From: Vulcanimicrobiaceae bacterium
GTDB lineage: Bacteria > Vulcanimicrobiota > Vulcanimicrobiia > Vulcanimicrobiales > Vulcanimicrobiaceae
DNA: 27,989 bases
NCBI GenBank assembly: GCA_046262595.1
Contig: JBHEMM010000021.1
Coordinates: 1 to 27,989, forward strand
Reading direction: 5' to 3'
The notes under the pieces were generated by a model. It made no database searches and was not told the origin of the DNA. It saw only the letters and a list, made by a program, of their open reading frames with translations. Positions 17,437 through 27,200 of the stretch are shown piece after piece. How positions within the stretch are numbered: position 1 is the stretch's first letter; the number at the start of each line of letters is the position of its first letter. Position numbers and translations under genes: made by a program.

Positions 17437-18866
17437 TCCTCAACCCGTACGGGGCGCTCGATTGGAACGCGGTCGCGCCGCTCTTCATCGTCGCAGGCGC
17501 CGCCGTCATCGTTCTGCTTGCCGATCTGCTCGTGCGAAAGCCGAACGGCTGGATATCGATTGGAATCGCCATTGCGGGTCTGCTCGCGGCGGGCGCATAT
17601 GCGGCGCGCAGCTTCGGCACGGTCCACTCCGCGTTCGCCGGCGGCTTTTTGCTCGGCGGATTCGGCATCGTGATGCAGGAAACGATTGTCATCGGCGCTT
17701 TGCTCGCGCTCGCAATGATCCGCGTCGACCGCAATCCGCAGCGCATCGGCGGCAGCGTCGCGCTGCTTCTGTGGGCGACCAGCGGCGCCATGCTGATGGC
17801 GGGCGCCGGGAACCTCATGACCGTGTTCTTGGGGCTGGAGCTGCTCTCGCTCGCACTGTATTGTTTGTGCGCGCTCGGCCGGCGTGCTGCGTCCCGCGAA
17901 TCAGGCTTCAAATATCTCATCCTATCCTCGACGGCTTCCGGGTTTCTGCTTTTCGGCATGGCGCTGCTGTTCGGCGCCACGGGAAGCATGGCGCTGGGCG
18001 CGCTCACCGCTCCCGCGCTCTCGCACGATCCGCTCTATTGGATCGGCGGCGGCCTATTTATCGCGGGGCTTGCGTTCAAATTGAGCTTGGTGCCGTTTCA
18101 CGTGTGGTCGCCCGACGTGTACGAAGGCGCTCCGCTCGCGGTGACGGCCTACATGAGCGTGGTTACGAAGGTCGGAACGCTGGCGGTGCTCGCGCGCTTC
18201 ATCTTCTCCGCATACGCTGCCGGAACCGGCGACGCGCTTCTGCTGCCGCTGTTCATCATCGCCGGCATATCGATGGTCGCCGGCAATGCGGCAATGATCG
18301 CGCAGACCGACCTCAAGAGGCTATTGGCGTATTCCGGCATCGCGCAGGCGGGGTATATCGTTGCGGCGCTCGCGGGCGGCACGGCACTGGGCGCGCGCTA
18401 TGCGATCTACTACGTCGTCGCCTACACACTTATGAACCTGGGCGCGTTTGCCGTTGCGGCGCTCTGTTCTCACGATGCCGAAGAGGGCGCGCACTTGCCA
18501 TCATACCGCGGGTTGGCGCGGCGCAGACCGTTCCTGGCTGCGGCCATGACGTTCTTTCTGCTCGCGCTCGCCGGCTTTCCGCCGACGGCCGGATTTCTGG
18601 GCAAAGTGCTCATCCTGTCGGTGAACGTGACGGCCGGCTTTGCCTGGCTGGGCGCGTTGCTCATCATCGGCACCGCGATATCGCTTTACGCCTACTTTAA
18701 AATCATCCGCGCGATGTACGAGCCGCAAGCGCGGCCGACCGCAGCGGCCGCGCGTTGGACGCAGTTGCCGTTGGCCTACGTGTCCATCGTCGTGTGCGCT
18801 GCGGCGATAGCGGTGATGACGTTCTATCCGCTCACGCCGAGCAGCGTTCTCCCGCTTGCGCGATAG
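17433..18866 (+). CDS. nuoN: NADH-quinone oxidoreductase subunit N
   Basis: Motifs FLGLELLSL, ESGFKY, FKLSLVPFHVWSPDVYEGAP, KRLLAYSGIAQAGY and GFPPTAGFLGK. Confidence 0.97.
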   Translation: MILNPYGALDWNAVAPLFIVAGAAVIVLLADLLVRKPNGWISIGIAIAGLLAAGAYAARSFGTVHSAFAGGFLLGGFGIVMQETIVIGALLALAMIRVDRNPQRIGGSVALLLWATSGAMLMAGAGNLMTVFLGLELLSLALYCLCALGRRAASRESGFKYLILSSTASGFLLFGMALLFGATGSMALGALTAPALSHDPLYWIGGGLFIAGLAFKLSLVPFHVWSPDVYEGAPLAVTAYMSVVTKVGTLAVLARFIFSAYAAGTGDALLLPLFIIAGISMVAGNAAMIAQTDLKRLLAYSGIAQAGYIVAALAGGTALGARYAIYYVVAYTLMNLGAFAVAALCSHDAEEGAHLPSYRGLARRRPFLAAAMTFFLLALAGFPPTAGFLGKVLILSVNVTAGFAWLGALLIIGTAISLYAYFKIIRAMYEPQARPTAAAARWTQLPLAYVSIVVCAAAIAVMTFYPLTPSSVLPLAR

Positions 18867-18878
18867 GCTAAAAGTCCC

Positions 18879-18898
18879 GACACGCGCCGCGGCGTGTT
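18879..18898 (+). terminator. Possible weak hairpin after nuoN
   Basis: ACACGC-GCCGCG-GCGTGT stem about 13 nt after the stop. There is no good U tract. Confidence 0.25.
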
Positions 18899-19009
18899 AA
18901 GTGTTCGTAGGAGCGCGCTCAGTAAGTAGACGGGTGTGCCGATAATCTGGTAGTAACGACGTAAGGGAATGCGGGTGCTCCCCCTCGTGTTGACGTGGGA
19001 GAGACTAAA

Positions 19010-19510
19010 ATGGATTTTCGGCGCGCGCTCATAGCGCTCTGCTTTTTGACTTCTACGCTGCCCGGAATCGCGCTTGCGCGACCGCAGGTGGCTTTGCATT
19101 TGTCCGCATTTTTAATTCAATCGTCGCAAGGCCGCAGCTCGCAAGTGCCGCTCGGCGATAAGAAGGCGCAAGCCGGAGATCGCGTGCGCTTCATTATCGA
19201 AGCGCGCAACAGCGGTTCGTCTTCCGCCTTGCATCTGACGCCCACCGATCCGATTCCGGCGCACATGACGTATGTGAGCGGCAGCGCACAGGATGGCCAA
19301 TCCACCGTGCAGTTTACCGTGGACGGAAAAACGTGGGCCGAACATCCCACCGTTCACGTCAAGACGAGCAAACGAACCATCAGCAAGCCGGCTGACCCCT
19401 CGATGTACAGGGCAATCCGCTGGGTGACGCACGTAGCATTACCGGCAAAGCATACGTTCACGTATTCGTACGAAGCGCAAGTGGACGGTCTTAAAAAAGG
19501 CGCGAAATGA
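19010..19510 (+). CDS. Small exported single DUF11-like domain protein
   Basis: GGGAG Shine-Dalgarno and ATG at 19010. The signal peptide ends in ALA. Motifs GDRVRFIIEARNSG, TDPIPAHMTYVSGSA and IRW..LPA..TYSYEAQV. Confidence 0.8.
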   Translation: MDFRRALIALCFLTSTLPGIALARPQVALHLSAFLIQSSQGRSSQVPLGDKKAQAGDRVRFIIEARNSGSSSALHLTPTDPIPAHMTYVSGSAQDGQSTVQFTVDGKTWAEHPTVHVKTSKRTISKPADPSMYRAIRWVTHVALPAKHTFTYSYEAQVDGLKKGAK

Positions 19511-22080
19511 ACCGGATTCTTTTGCGCGCCTGGTTCGGCGTTTTTGTCTTTGCCTGCGTTCTGGGATTGGCGCTCTCGCGGCACTCCGCCATGACGCCCG
19601 TAATGGCCGTTACGCCGAGTCCTACGCCCGTTCCGCTGCCGTACGCTTCGGCGACGCCGACACCGGCGAGTCCCTCGCTCACCGGCCCGGGACAAACGAT
19701 CACCAACGCCGCGTCCGCAACGTACAGCGACGGCACGAATACGTACAATATTCTCTCGAACACGGTCACCGTTTACGTGCAGAACGCTCCCACGCTCGTC
19801 GTACTCACGAACAACGGCACGAGCGTGGGAAGCAACACGACCCGCTATCCGGGCGTCTACACGTACGATCTGTACACGCTCGTCAACACGGGTAATGGGA
19901 CGGGCTATTTCACCGTCGCATCGGGCCCGCAAGCCTCGCCCACGCCGTTGCCCGCAACGAACAGCGGCACGGGAACGACCGGCACGGTCACCAACGTCAG
20001 TTACGATGTCAGCTGCAGCGGCGGCGCGACTTTGAACGACATCGTCACCACGATCGCCGCGCTGAATACCGACTTGCAGAACGCTGCGTGCAGCGTTGCT
20101 TCCAACGGCTCGGTGAGCATCGAAGTGGTCCTCGACCCGACGGCGGCGCCCGCTTCGGACGGATCGACGCTCGAAGCGCAGATCACCTATTCGACGAGCG
20201 GCACCGGCTACAATGCCGCGAGCTCGCTCTATGCAAGCAACTCGTACGTCGACCCGGTCGTCACGGACGAGCGAATCGACGTGCAGAAATCCCCGGCACC
20301 GATCGCGACGGACGGTACCGTCACGTATGCGGTCACCGCCAACAATGCCGGCAACGGCCCGGCGCAGTACGTTACCGACTATGGCACTACGTGTACGGGC
20401 ACCGTTACGGTGTGCGGCCCGGCATTGACGGGCCCCGGCTTGCTGATCGCGGATAAGATTCCGCTCAATGCAAGCAACACGCCGCTCCCCGTCGTTACGA
20501 TGTCGCCCTCGCCCGGGCCGCAAGCGCTGCCGCCGAGCACGACCGTTTCCGTCGTTTACACCACCGACAGTACTGCGAAGACGGGCTGGACCGTGAAGAC
20601 GGCCGCAACCTTCCCGCCGACGACGCGATACGTCGGCGTGTTCCTCACGGGCGGCGCATATGCGCTCGGCGCGGACCCCACGCCTGCGGCAACGACGACG
20701 CCGGGCTTCGTGCCGGCGGCGAGTTCGCAGATCGGTTTTAGCGTCACGCTCGGGCCGCTCCCCGCGAACCTCACCGTCAGCAATATCGTGACGGCTGCGG
20801 CGGGAGACAACAAGACGACGCCGTGCATCGAAGGGCCCGGCTTGGTGACGACCTCGACGAGCTGCGATCCGAACGGACCGAACGGCCCCGGCGGCGATCC
20901 GTCGATTCCGCTGGCAACGGCGCCGCCTTCACCGAGCGCGCCCGGACCGGGCCTCTCGAACACGACGACGACGTTTACTCCCGCGCTTTACAACGGCCCG
21001 CTCACTGCTCCGGATGCACAAGGCTGTTTCAACAGCAGCGCAGCTCCGGTGCCCCTGCCGACGTGGAGCCCGATGCCCAATCCGTTCCCGACGATTTCGC
21101 CCACAACGTCGCCGACCTGTGCCGCAACGGACAACCAAGACGACTTCACGCAAGCCGTGAGCACGCCGAATCCTTCTACGACCAACATGCCGTACGGCAC
21201 GCAGATGTCCGCCGCATCGACCGTGACGGTGGCGAACTCGATTAAAAACCCGGGCGCGCAATCCACCGTGTATCAGTTGACGTTTCCAACGCTTCCGGCG
21301 GGCATTACGGTGACGAGCGTCACCTACGGCGCCGCGTCGTGCTCGACGACCTCAACGCCGGCCTCGGGCGTATATCCGCTGGGAAGCATCGGCGCAGGTG
21401 CAACGATCCAATACTGCGTGCTCTATACCACCGCGACCGGTGCGAGCGCGCCGTATTACTTCCAGCCGCAGTTCGTTCAACTGCGCGTTGCATACTCGTC
21501 GGCGCCGGCGGTGTACTACAACGACACGTGGAACGTGCTGATGCCCGGCGGTTTCGTTGAAATCGTTAAGACCGCCAACATCCTGACCGCGCTTCCCGCA
21601 ATCTCGAACTTCTCCGGAAACTGCTCGGGAACGATTACGGGCGGCTTGCCGACGCTGGGCGTCTGTCCGGGCGGCATCATCCAATACGCCGTCGCCTACG
21701 TCAACACGTTACCGCCCACCTCAAGCGGCACGCCGGCCGAACCGGCTGGAGCATCCGTTGCGATGACGGGCAACTTGGTGATCACGGAAGACGGCGCTGT
21801 GAACGGCAGCAATTGGACGACGTACACGGGCGGCATGTTCGACCCTGCCGGCGCGGGTACGGTGCCGCTTGTTGCGGGGCTTTCATTGAGCACGCTCTCG
21901 GCGAATTGCGGCATCGTAACGCTCAAATGCGGCGCGACATCCGCTTCGGCGACCTTCGGCGGCGGCGCCTCACCGAATGGCAACCTCTACGGCTCGACGC
22001 ACTTCACCGCTACCATTCCCGCTGCGGGCATTACGGCGCAGAGCGTCGGCACGTTGATGTTCGCCGCAAAAGTGCACTAG
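19507..22080 (+). CDS. Large exported S/T/P-rich multi-Ig-fold (DUF11-like) protein, candidate major fibre subunit
   Basis: ATGA overlap and a signal peptide. Segments include TITNAASATY, YTLVNTGNG, VQKS..VTYAVTANNAG..ADKIP and IVKT..PGGIIQYAVAYVN..ITEDG. The mature region has 14 Cys. Confidence 0.8.
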   Translation: MNRILLRAWFGVFVFACVLGLALSRHSAMTPVMAVTPSPTPVPLPYASATPTPASPSLTGPGQTITNAASATYSDGTNTYNILSNTVTVYVQNAPTLVVLTNNGTSVGSNTTRYPGVYTYDLYTLVNTGNGTGYFTVASGPQASPTPLPATNSGTGTTGTVTNVSYDVSCSGGATLNDIVTTIAALNTDLQNAACSVASNGSVSIEVVLDPTAAPASDGSTLEAQITYSTSGTGYNAASSLYASNSYVDPVVTDERIDVQKSPAPIATDGTVTYAVTANNAGNGPAQYVTDYGTTCTGTVTVCGPALTGPGLLIADKIPLNASNTPLPVVTMSPSPGPQALPPSTTVSVVYTTDSTAKTGWTVKTAATFPPTTRYVGVFLTGGAYALGADPTPAATTTPGFVPAASSQIGFSVTLGPLPANLTVSNIVTAAAGDNKTTPCIEGPGLVTTSTSCDPNGPNGPGGDPSIPLATAPPSPSAPGPGLSNTTTTFTPALYNGPLTAPDAQGCFNSSAAPVPLPTWSPMPNPFPTISPTTSPTCAATDNQDDFTQAVSTPNPSTTNMPYGTQMSAASTVTVANSIKNPGAQSTVYQLTFPTLPAGITVTSVTYGAASCSTTSTPASGVYPLGSIGAGATIQYCVLYTTATGASAPYYFQPQFVQLRVAYSSAPAVYYNDTWNVLMPGGFVEIVKTANILTALPAISNFSGNCSGTITGGLPTLGVCPGGIIQYAVAYVNTLPPTSSGTPAEPAGASVAMTGNLVITEDGAVNGSNWTTYTGGMFDPAGAGTVPLVAGLSLSTLSANCGIVTLKCGATSASATFGGGASPNGNLYGSTHFTATIPAAGITAQSVGTLMFAAKVH

Positions 22081-22096
22081 GCACAATCGAGGTCTG

Positions 22097-24256
22097 GTGA
22101 AGGGTGCCTTCGTCCGACTAATACCGGTCGCCACGGTCCTCATGACGCTCGTTGTCATGTTGGGCCGTGGCGAATCGGCATATGCCGGGCCGTCCGATCC
22201 GGCCGCTAACACAACGATAATCAATTCGGCTACGGCGACCTGGTCCGACAGTGCCGGGCATAGTTTCGAAGAATCGTCCAATCAGATTACCGTTATCGTC
22301 CAAGGCGTTTCGGCGCTTACCGTGACGCCGAAGGAAACCGCTGCGAATCCCTCGCTGGATGGTTATCCCGCCGCTCAAAACGTGACGCGGACGTTCGTGA
22401 TCGAAAACGCGAGCAACATCGCCGACGCGTACCGCATATCCGCATTTACGGCCGACCGCGGAACGCTCGTTTCGCTTGCGTTCGTCACGTCCGGCGGGAA
22501 CGTTCCCATCACCGTCGGTTCCACCGTCTCGCCCACGCTGCAGCCGGGCGAGAGCATCACGGTGCAAACGGTCGTCTCAACGGCGGGCATTGCGGTAGGC
22601 ACCTCGTTTGCGCTGCATCTCACGGCGCAGACCACCGTCACGGGAACCGCGAACGGCGTGCAGAGCGACAGCGGCGAGCAATGGCTTGTGGCGGCGGCCG
22701 GTCCGGCTTTGAGCGGCCCCGGCGGCGGCAGCACGCCGATCTCGAAAACGGTGAACCGCGAACAAGTGCTGCAGTCGCAGTCGGGCGCGATCGTCACGTT
22801 CGACATCGTCGTAAAGAACAACGGCGGGACGCCTGCCGACAACGCGGTGATGACGGATACGATACCCGCCGGCCTGACGGCCGACCTGACGACGCTTAAA
22901 CTCAACGGCGTTGCGGTTTCGGGAACGCAATCCGGTCAAACGCTCACGGTGCCGCTTGGCATGCTGGCGGCAGGCGCGGTCGACGACGTCTCGTTCAATT
23001 CGCAGATCGCTGCTATCGATACGCTCGGCACGACGTTCGTGAACGTCGCGGCGATCGCCGCAGACGGTATTGCGCCGGCCTCGACGACGCCGGCCGCCAT
23101 TTTGATCGGCACGGCCGACATCGTTTTCGACCCGTCGAACAACAACGCGCCGATCGCCGGCGCGACCGTTTCGCTCCTCGACCAGAACAGTCACTTGGTG
23201 CCCCTGGGCGCCGGCAGCAACGGCGCGTTCCGCGCGAAGACTTTTTCCGCTCCGCAGTCGGCCAATTCGCAGAACCCGTTGCTCACGGGTCCCGACGGCA
23301 CGTACGGGTTCGCGCTCGAGCCGAATCAAATCGGCCCCGGCGCAGGCACGTTTTACATTACGATTCAGGCTCCCGGGTATCTTAACCGCCGAATCAAAAT
23401 CGTTCTCACGGCGTCCACGCAAGGCATGCTGTACGACGTGACGACCTCATCGCAGGACGGCCAGCCCTTAGCGCACGCGGGCGGGTATGCGCTTACAACG
23501 GGCGCCGTTGCGCTCAATAATATCTTCGGTTTGTTCGGCAACTTGCCGATGTTCAAAACGCAGGCGATTACCATCGATAAAGTGGTCGACCGCACCAGCG
23601 CGCAACCCGGCGACCGGCTCGTCTACACGCTCGATGTTGCGAACCCGTCCGGCGCGCCGCTGATCGCGGCCAAGGCGATCGACACGCTGCCCTCGGGCGA
23701 ATCGTATGCGCCCGGATCCGCGCGCGTGGATGGGGTCCCGCGCGAACCCGCCGTCAACGGACGCGCGCTGACGTGGAATCTCTCGACGATCGCCTCGGGC
23801 GCGAAACATCAGATCGTTTACGCGGCGATCGTCTATCCCAACGTCCCGGCCGGTACCACGTTGACGAACTCCGCGGTCGCGCAGGCGGTCCTCTCGGGAA
23901 CACTGGTCAACGTAAATGCCGCGGCCAATGCCGACGTCATCATCACCGAAGGCGCATTGAGCGACCGCTCCGTCATCACCGGCCGGGTGTTCGCGGACCT
24001 GATGCACACCGGCCGCTTCGTTAAAGGCGATCGCGGCCTGGCCGGCGTGCGCGTCTTTCTTGAAGACGGCACCTCGGTGACGACGGACTCGCAAGGGCGC
24101 TACAGTTTCCCGGGCGTCCGGCCGGGCATGCACGTGCTTCGCGTCGACCGGACGACGCTTCCCGACGGCGCAAACGGGACGTTTCAGCGTCTCATCCACG
24201 GCGTGCTCGACGACGGGCTGATGCAAGACGTCGAGTTTGCGGTGGGTTCGCCATGA
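22097..24256 (+). CDS. Exported protein with two DUF11 repeats and a C-terminal SdrD-B-like domain
   Basis: GAGG followed by GTG, then a signal ending AYA. Repeats are SKTV..VTFDIVVKNNG..TDTIPAGL and DKVVD..PGDRLVYTL..DTLPSG. The C-terminal domain reads ITGRVFAD..GLAGVRVFLEDG..TDSQGRYSFPGVRPGMHVLRVDRTTLP. Confidence 0.85.
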   Translation: MKGAFVRLIPVATVLMTLVVMLGRGESAYAGPSDPAANTTIINSATATWSDSAGHSFEESSNQITVIVQGVSALTVTPKETAANPSLDGYPAAQNVTRTFVIENASNIADAYRISAFTADRGTLVSLAFVTSGGNVPITVGSTVSPTLQPGESITVQTVVSTAGIAVGTSFALHLTAQTTVTGTANGVQSDSGEQWLVAAAGPALSGPGGGSTPISKTVNREQVLQSQSGAIVTFDIVVKNNGGTPADNAVMTDTIPAGLTADLTTLKLNGVAVSGTQSGQTLTVPLGMLAAGAVDDVSFNSQIAAIDTLGTTFVNVAAIAADGIAPASTTPAAILIGTADIVFDPSNNNAPIAGATVSLLDQNSHLVPLGAGSNGAFRAKTFSAPQSANSQNPLLTGPDGTYGFALEPNQIGPGAGTFYITIQAPGYLNRRIKIVLTASTQGMLYDVTTSSQDGQPLAHAGGYALTTGAVALNNIFGLFGNLPMFKTQAITIDKVVDRTSAQPGDRLVYTLDVANPSGAPLIAAKAIDTLPSGESYAPGSARVDGVPREPAVNGRALTWNLSTIASGAKHQIVYAAIVYPNVPAGTTLTNSAVAQAVLSGTLVNVNAAANADVIITEGALSDRSVITGRVFADLMHTGRFVKGDRGLAGVRVFLEDGTSVTTDSQGRYSFPGVRPGMHVLRVDRTTLPDGANGTFQRLIHGVLDDGLMQDVEFAVGSP

Positions 24257-27200
24257 TCCGCCGCTCGTTTGCGCGCCTGCTGCAGGCCGTCGCGGTGCTG
24301 TTGATCTGCGTAGCCGGCGTGGGTTCGACGTTGTTCTTCACGCGCGCGCAAGACGATTCGAAACCGCAATACAGTGACCTCTCCCATCTGAAGCTGACGG
24401 CGACGCGCAGGCTGCCGGCCAACGTGATCGCTCCGCAGGACGGCGCATCGATTTCGGGCGCCGCAACGCAAGTCACCGTGGAAACCGTGAACGGTGCGGG
24501 CGTCGAGCTCCAGGTGAACGGCGAGATCGTTCCGGTTCGGAACTTGGGACGCATGAGCGTTTCGAAGGCGGGAACGACGCAGTTCGAGTACTTCGGCGTG
24601 CTCCTTCGTGCCGGTCCGAACACGCTGCTTGCCACGGCAATCGGCGCCGGCGGCGCACGCGGAGCATCACAGAGCGAAACGATCTTCGGCGCCGGGCCGC
24701 CCGTCGCGATCCATGTATCGATGCTTGGTTCGCTTGTCGCGGACGGTAAAACGACGGCCCGGCTCATCGTCGATGCGGTCGACCAATGGAATCATCCCGC
24801 CATGTCGGGATCGGAAGTGCGCGTGAAGATTCTGCAGGGCCGCGCGCGCGTGGGCAACGCCGGCCAAAGCGATCCCGCAGCTGGCGCGTCGCCGGCTCCC
24901 TCGGCGTTTGCAACCTCGCTGCCCGCAAGCGGCACATCGTCGCCGCAAGCGCATTACGTTCTGGCGCAGGGCGGCCGCATCGTCATTCCGCTGACGGCCT
25001 CACTCGAGCCCGGAACGCTGCAGCTGCAGGTTGCGGTCAACGACATCACCGATACGCAGAGCTACACGATTGCGCCGTACCTGCGCGCTCCGTTCGTCAA
25101 CGGCATCATCTCCGCCGGAGCCGGGAACGTCCCGGCCGCCGTTGACGGCGACGGACGCTATGACGGCGGCGGCGCGCGCAAAGAGCGTCTTGCGATTTAT
25201 GCAAACGGCAAAGTAGGGCGCGCAAGTTCTCTCACGTTCTCGTACGAATCGCAGAACCGTTTAGAGGAATCGTCCTCGCTGGGTCCGTTCGTTTCGAATC
25301 CTGACGAGCGTCCGTATCAAACGTACGGCGACTCCTCGCGCGTAACCAGCGATTTTCACTCGACTGACCGCCTTTATGCACGCATCGATAACGGCCGCAA
25401 CAATCTGATGTGGGGCCAATACACGGCGGCCGTCGGAGATCCGCAGGGCGTTGCGCATTACGAGCAGCAGATCAGCGGCCTCAAAGGCGAGGCGACGCTG
25501 GGGCGTCCGGGACAAGGCCATGTCATGGCGTTTACCGCGCACGATCGCACCGGCTACGTGGCGTTCACCACTCCGGTTTCGGGGTTGGGAGCGCTGCTTG
25601 CGCCGCTGCACCCGAACGTCGTGATCGGCTCGGACGTGCTCACGCTCGTGGCTTTGGACCGCCGCACGGGCGCAGCCGCGTCGCAGACGCCGCTCACCCG
25701 CAACGTCGACTACACGATCGACTACGCGACGGGCGCGCTGCGTTTCCTCAATGTTCCGTTACCGTTCGATCAGAACTTCAATCCGCAGTTGCTGTACATT
25801 CAGTATCAATACCAGGGCCCCGACGTAAAATCCGAGACGAGCGGATTCGACTTCCGCTATGCACTGGCGCGCAACGGCTCCGCGACGTTTGACTTCGGCT
25901 ACTTGAACGATGCGAGCGGTACGACGAACTACTCGCTCGCGACGCAGTCCTTGAGCGGCCGCATGCCGACGGGCGATTGGCGTTTCTCGCGCGCAACGAG
26001 CAACGGTTCGGCGCCGACCGCCGCAAGCTTCGGCGAAACGCCGGCCTCGCGCGGAAGCGCAACGTCGTTCGCGCTTAACGAACACGTTCGCGGCAACGAG
26101 ATCGCTTTCAACTACCAAAATACAGGCGCCGGATTTGCGAATCCGTTCGGCGGCTTTAACGTGACGGGTTTGGAGAACATCCAGGCCACGTTCGCGCACC
26201 GCACGCGCAGTCAAAGCGCGTTCACGCTTTCTCTCTCGCAGCAGCGCAATACCGGAGGTTCGGGCGGATCGACCGGCGTTGAGCAAAACGTCGTGGCGAG
26301 CTGGCAGGCTGCGATCGCCAAAGCGCTCGCCGTTACCTTGGGATTTCAAGCGCAGCGCGAGACGAACGGCCCGGGCGCGATTGTGCCCGGACACACGCCG
26401 GTGCAGCCGGTCAACGGTTCGAGCGCCGGGCTGCAGGCGGGATTGCAATGGAAGGCGTCGCGCCGGCTCAGCGTGAGCGTGCAGCATGCCGCCTCACTCG
26501 GCGGCAACAGCCAAATTTTGCCTTCGCAAACCGCCGCGGAAGCCGACTACGATCTGCCCACGCAAGGCCGGCTCTACGTGCGCGAGCTGCTCGGCGGCGG
26601 CGTCTCGAGTTTTGCCTCGTCCACGTCGAGCCTTACAAACGCTTCCCTCGGCTCTCGTTCAACGCAGATCGGCATTCAGCGCACGATCGGCTCCACAACG
26701 GCGCTCGACACGTCGTATCTCATCGCCGACACGGGCAACGAAACGAACGTGTATACGACGCTGGGCGTGCAGGAAACGTTTCACCTTGGTAAGCGCCTCT
26801 CCGGCAACGCGACGTTCGAAAGCGCGCGTTCCACCGGCGCAAGCCCGGGCGGATTCAGCACGCTCGGAACGGGGTTGACGTACAGCGATCTCAAAGATTT
26901 CCGCGCCTCGTTTTCAATGCAGACGCGCGGCGGGGGCGGCGGCGGAATGACGATGAACGGAGGCGCTGCGGGGCATATCGGCCAAAATCTCGCGCTCATG
27001 GGATCGTTCAATGAAACGTTCGGCAACGGCCTTTCCATTGTTGACGACCGCATCTCGCTCGCGTTTCGTCCGTCTCAGAACGACAGGTTTATCTCGCTGC
27101 TCGGGCTGGACCGCCAATCCGGCGGCTATACAAACACTGCCGGAACCTCCGACATCCTCTCGTTTGAGGAAGTGTACCGGCCCACGCTTACGACGGAAAT

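Noticed and set aside
18867..19009. Possible c-di-GMP riboswitch or ncRNA ahead of the surface-protein operon
   Set aside because: No class I or class II c-di-GMP consensus elements are visible, so only the weak SD hairpin was kept.
24240..24260. Possible frameshift splitting one giant DUF11-barrel gene
   Set aside because: The ATGA overlap is clean and the downstream ORF has its own signal peptide.
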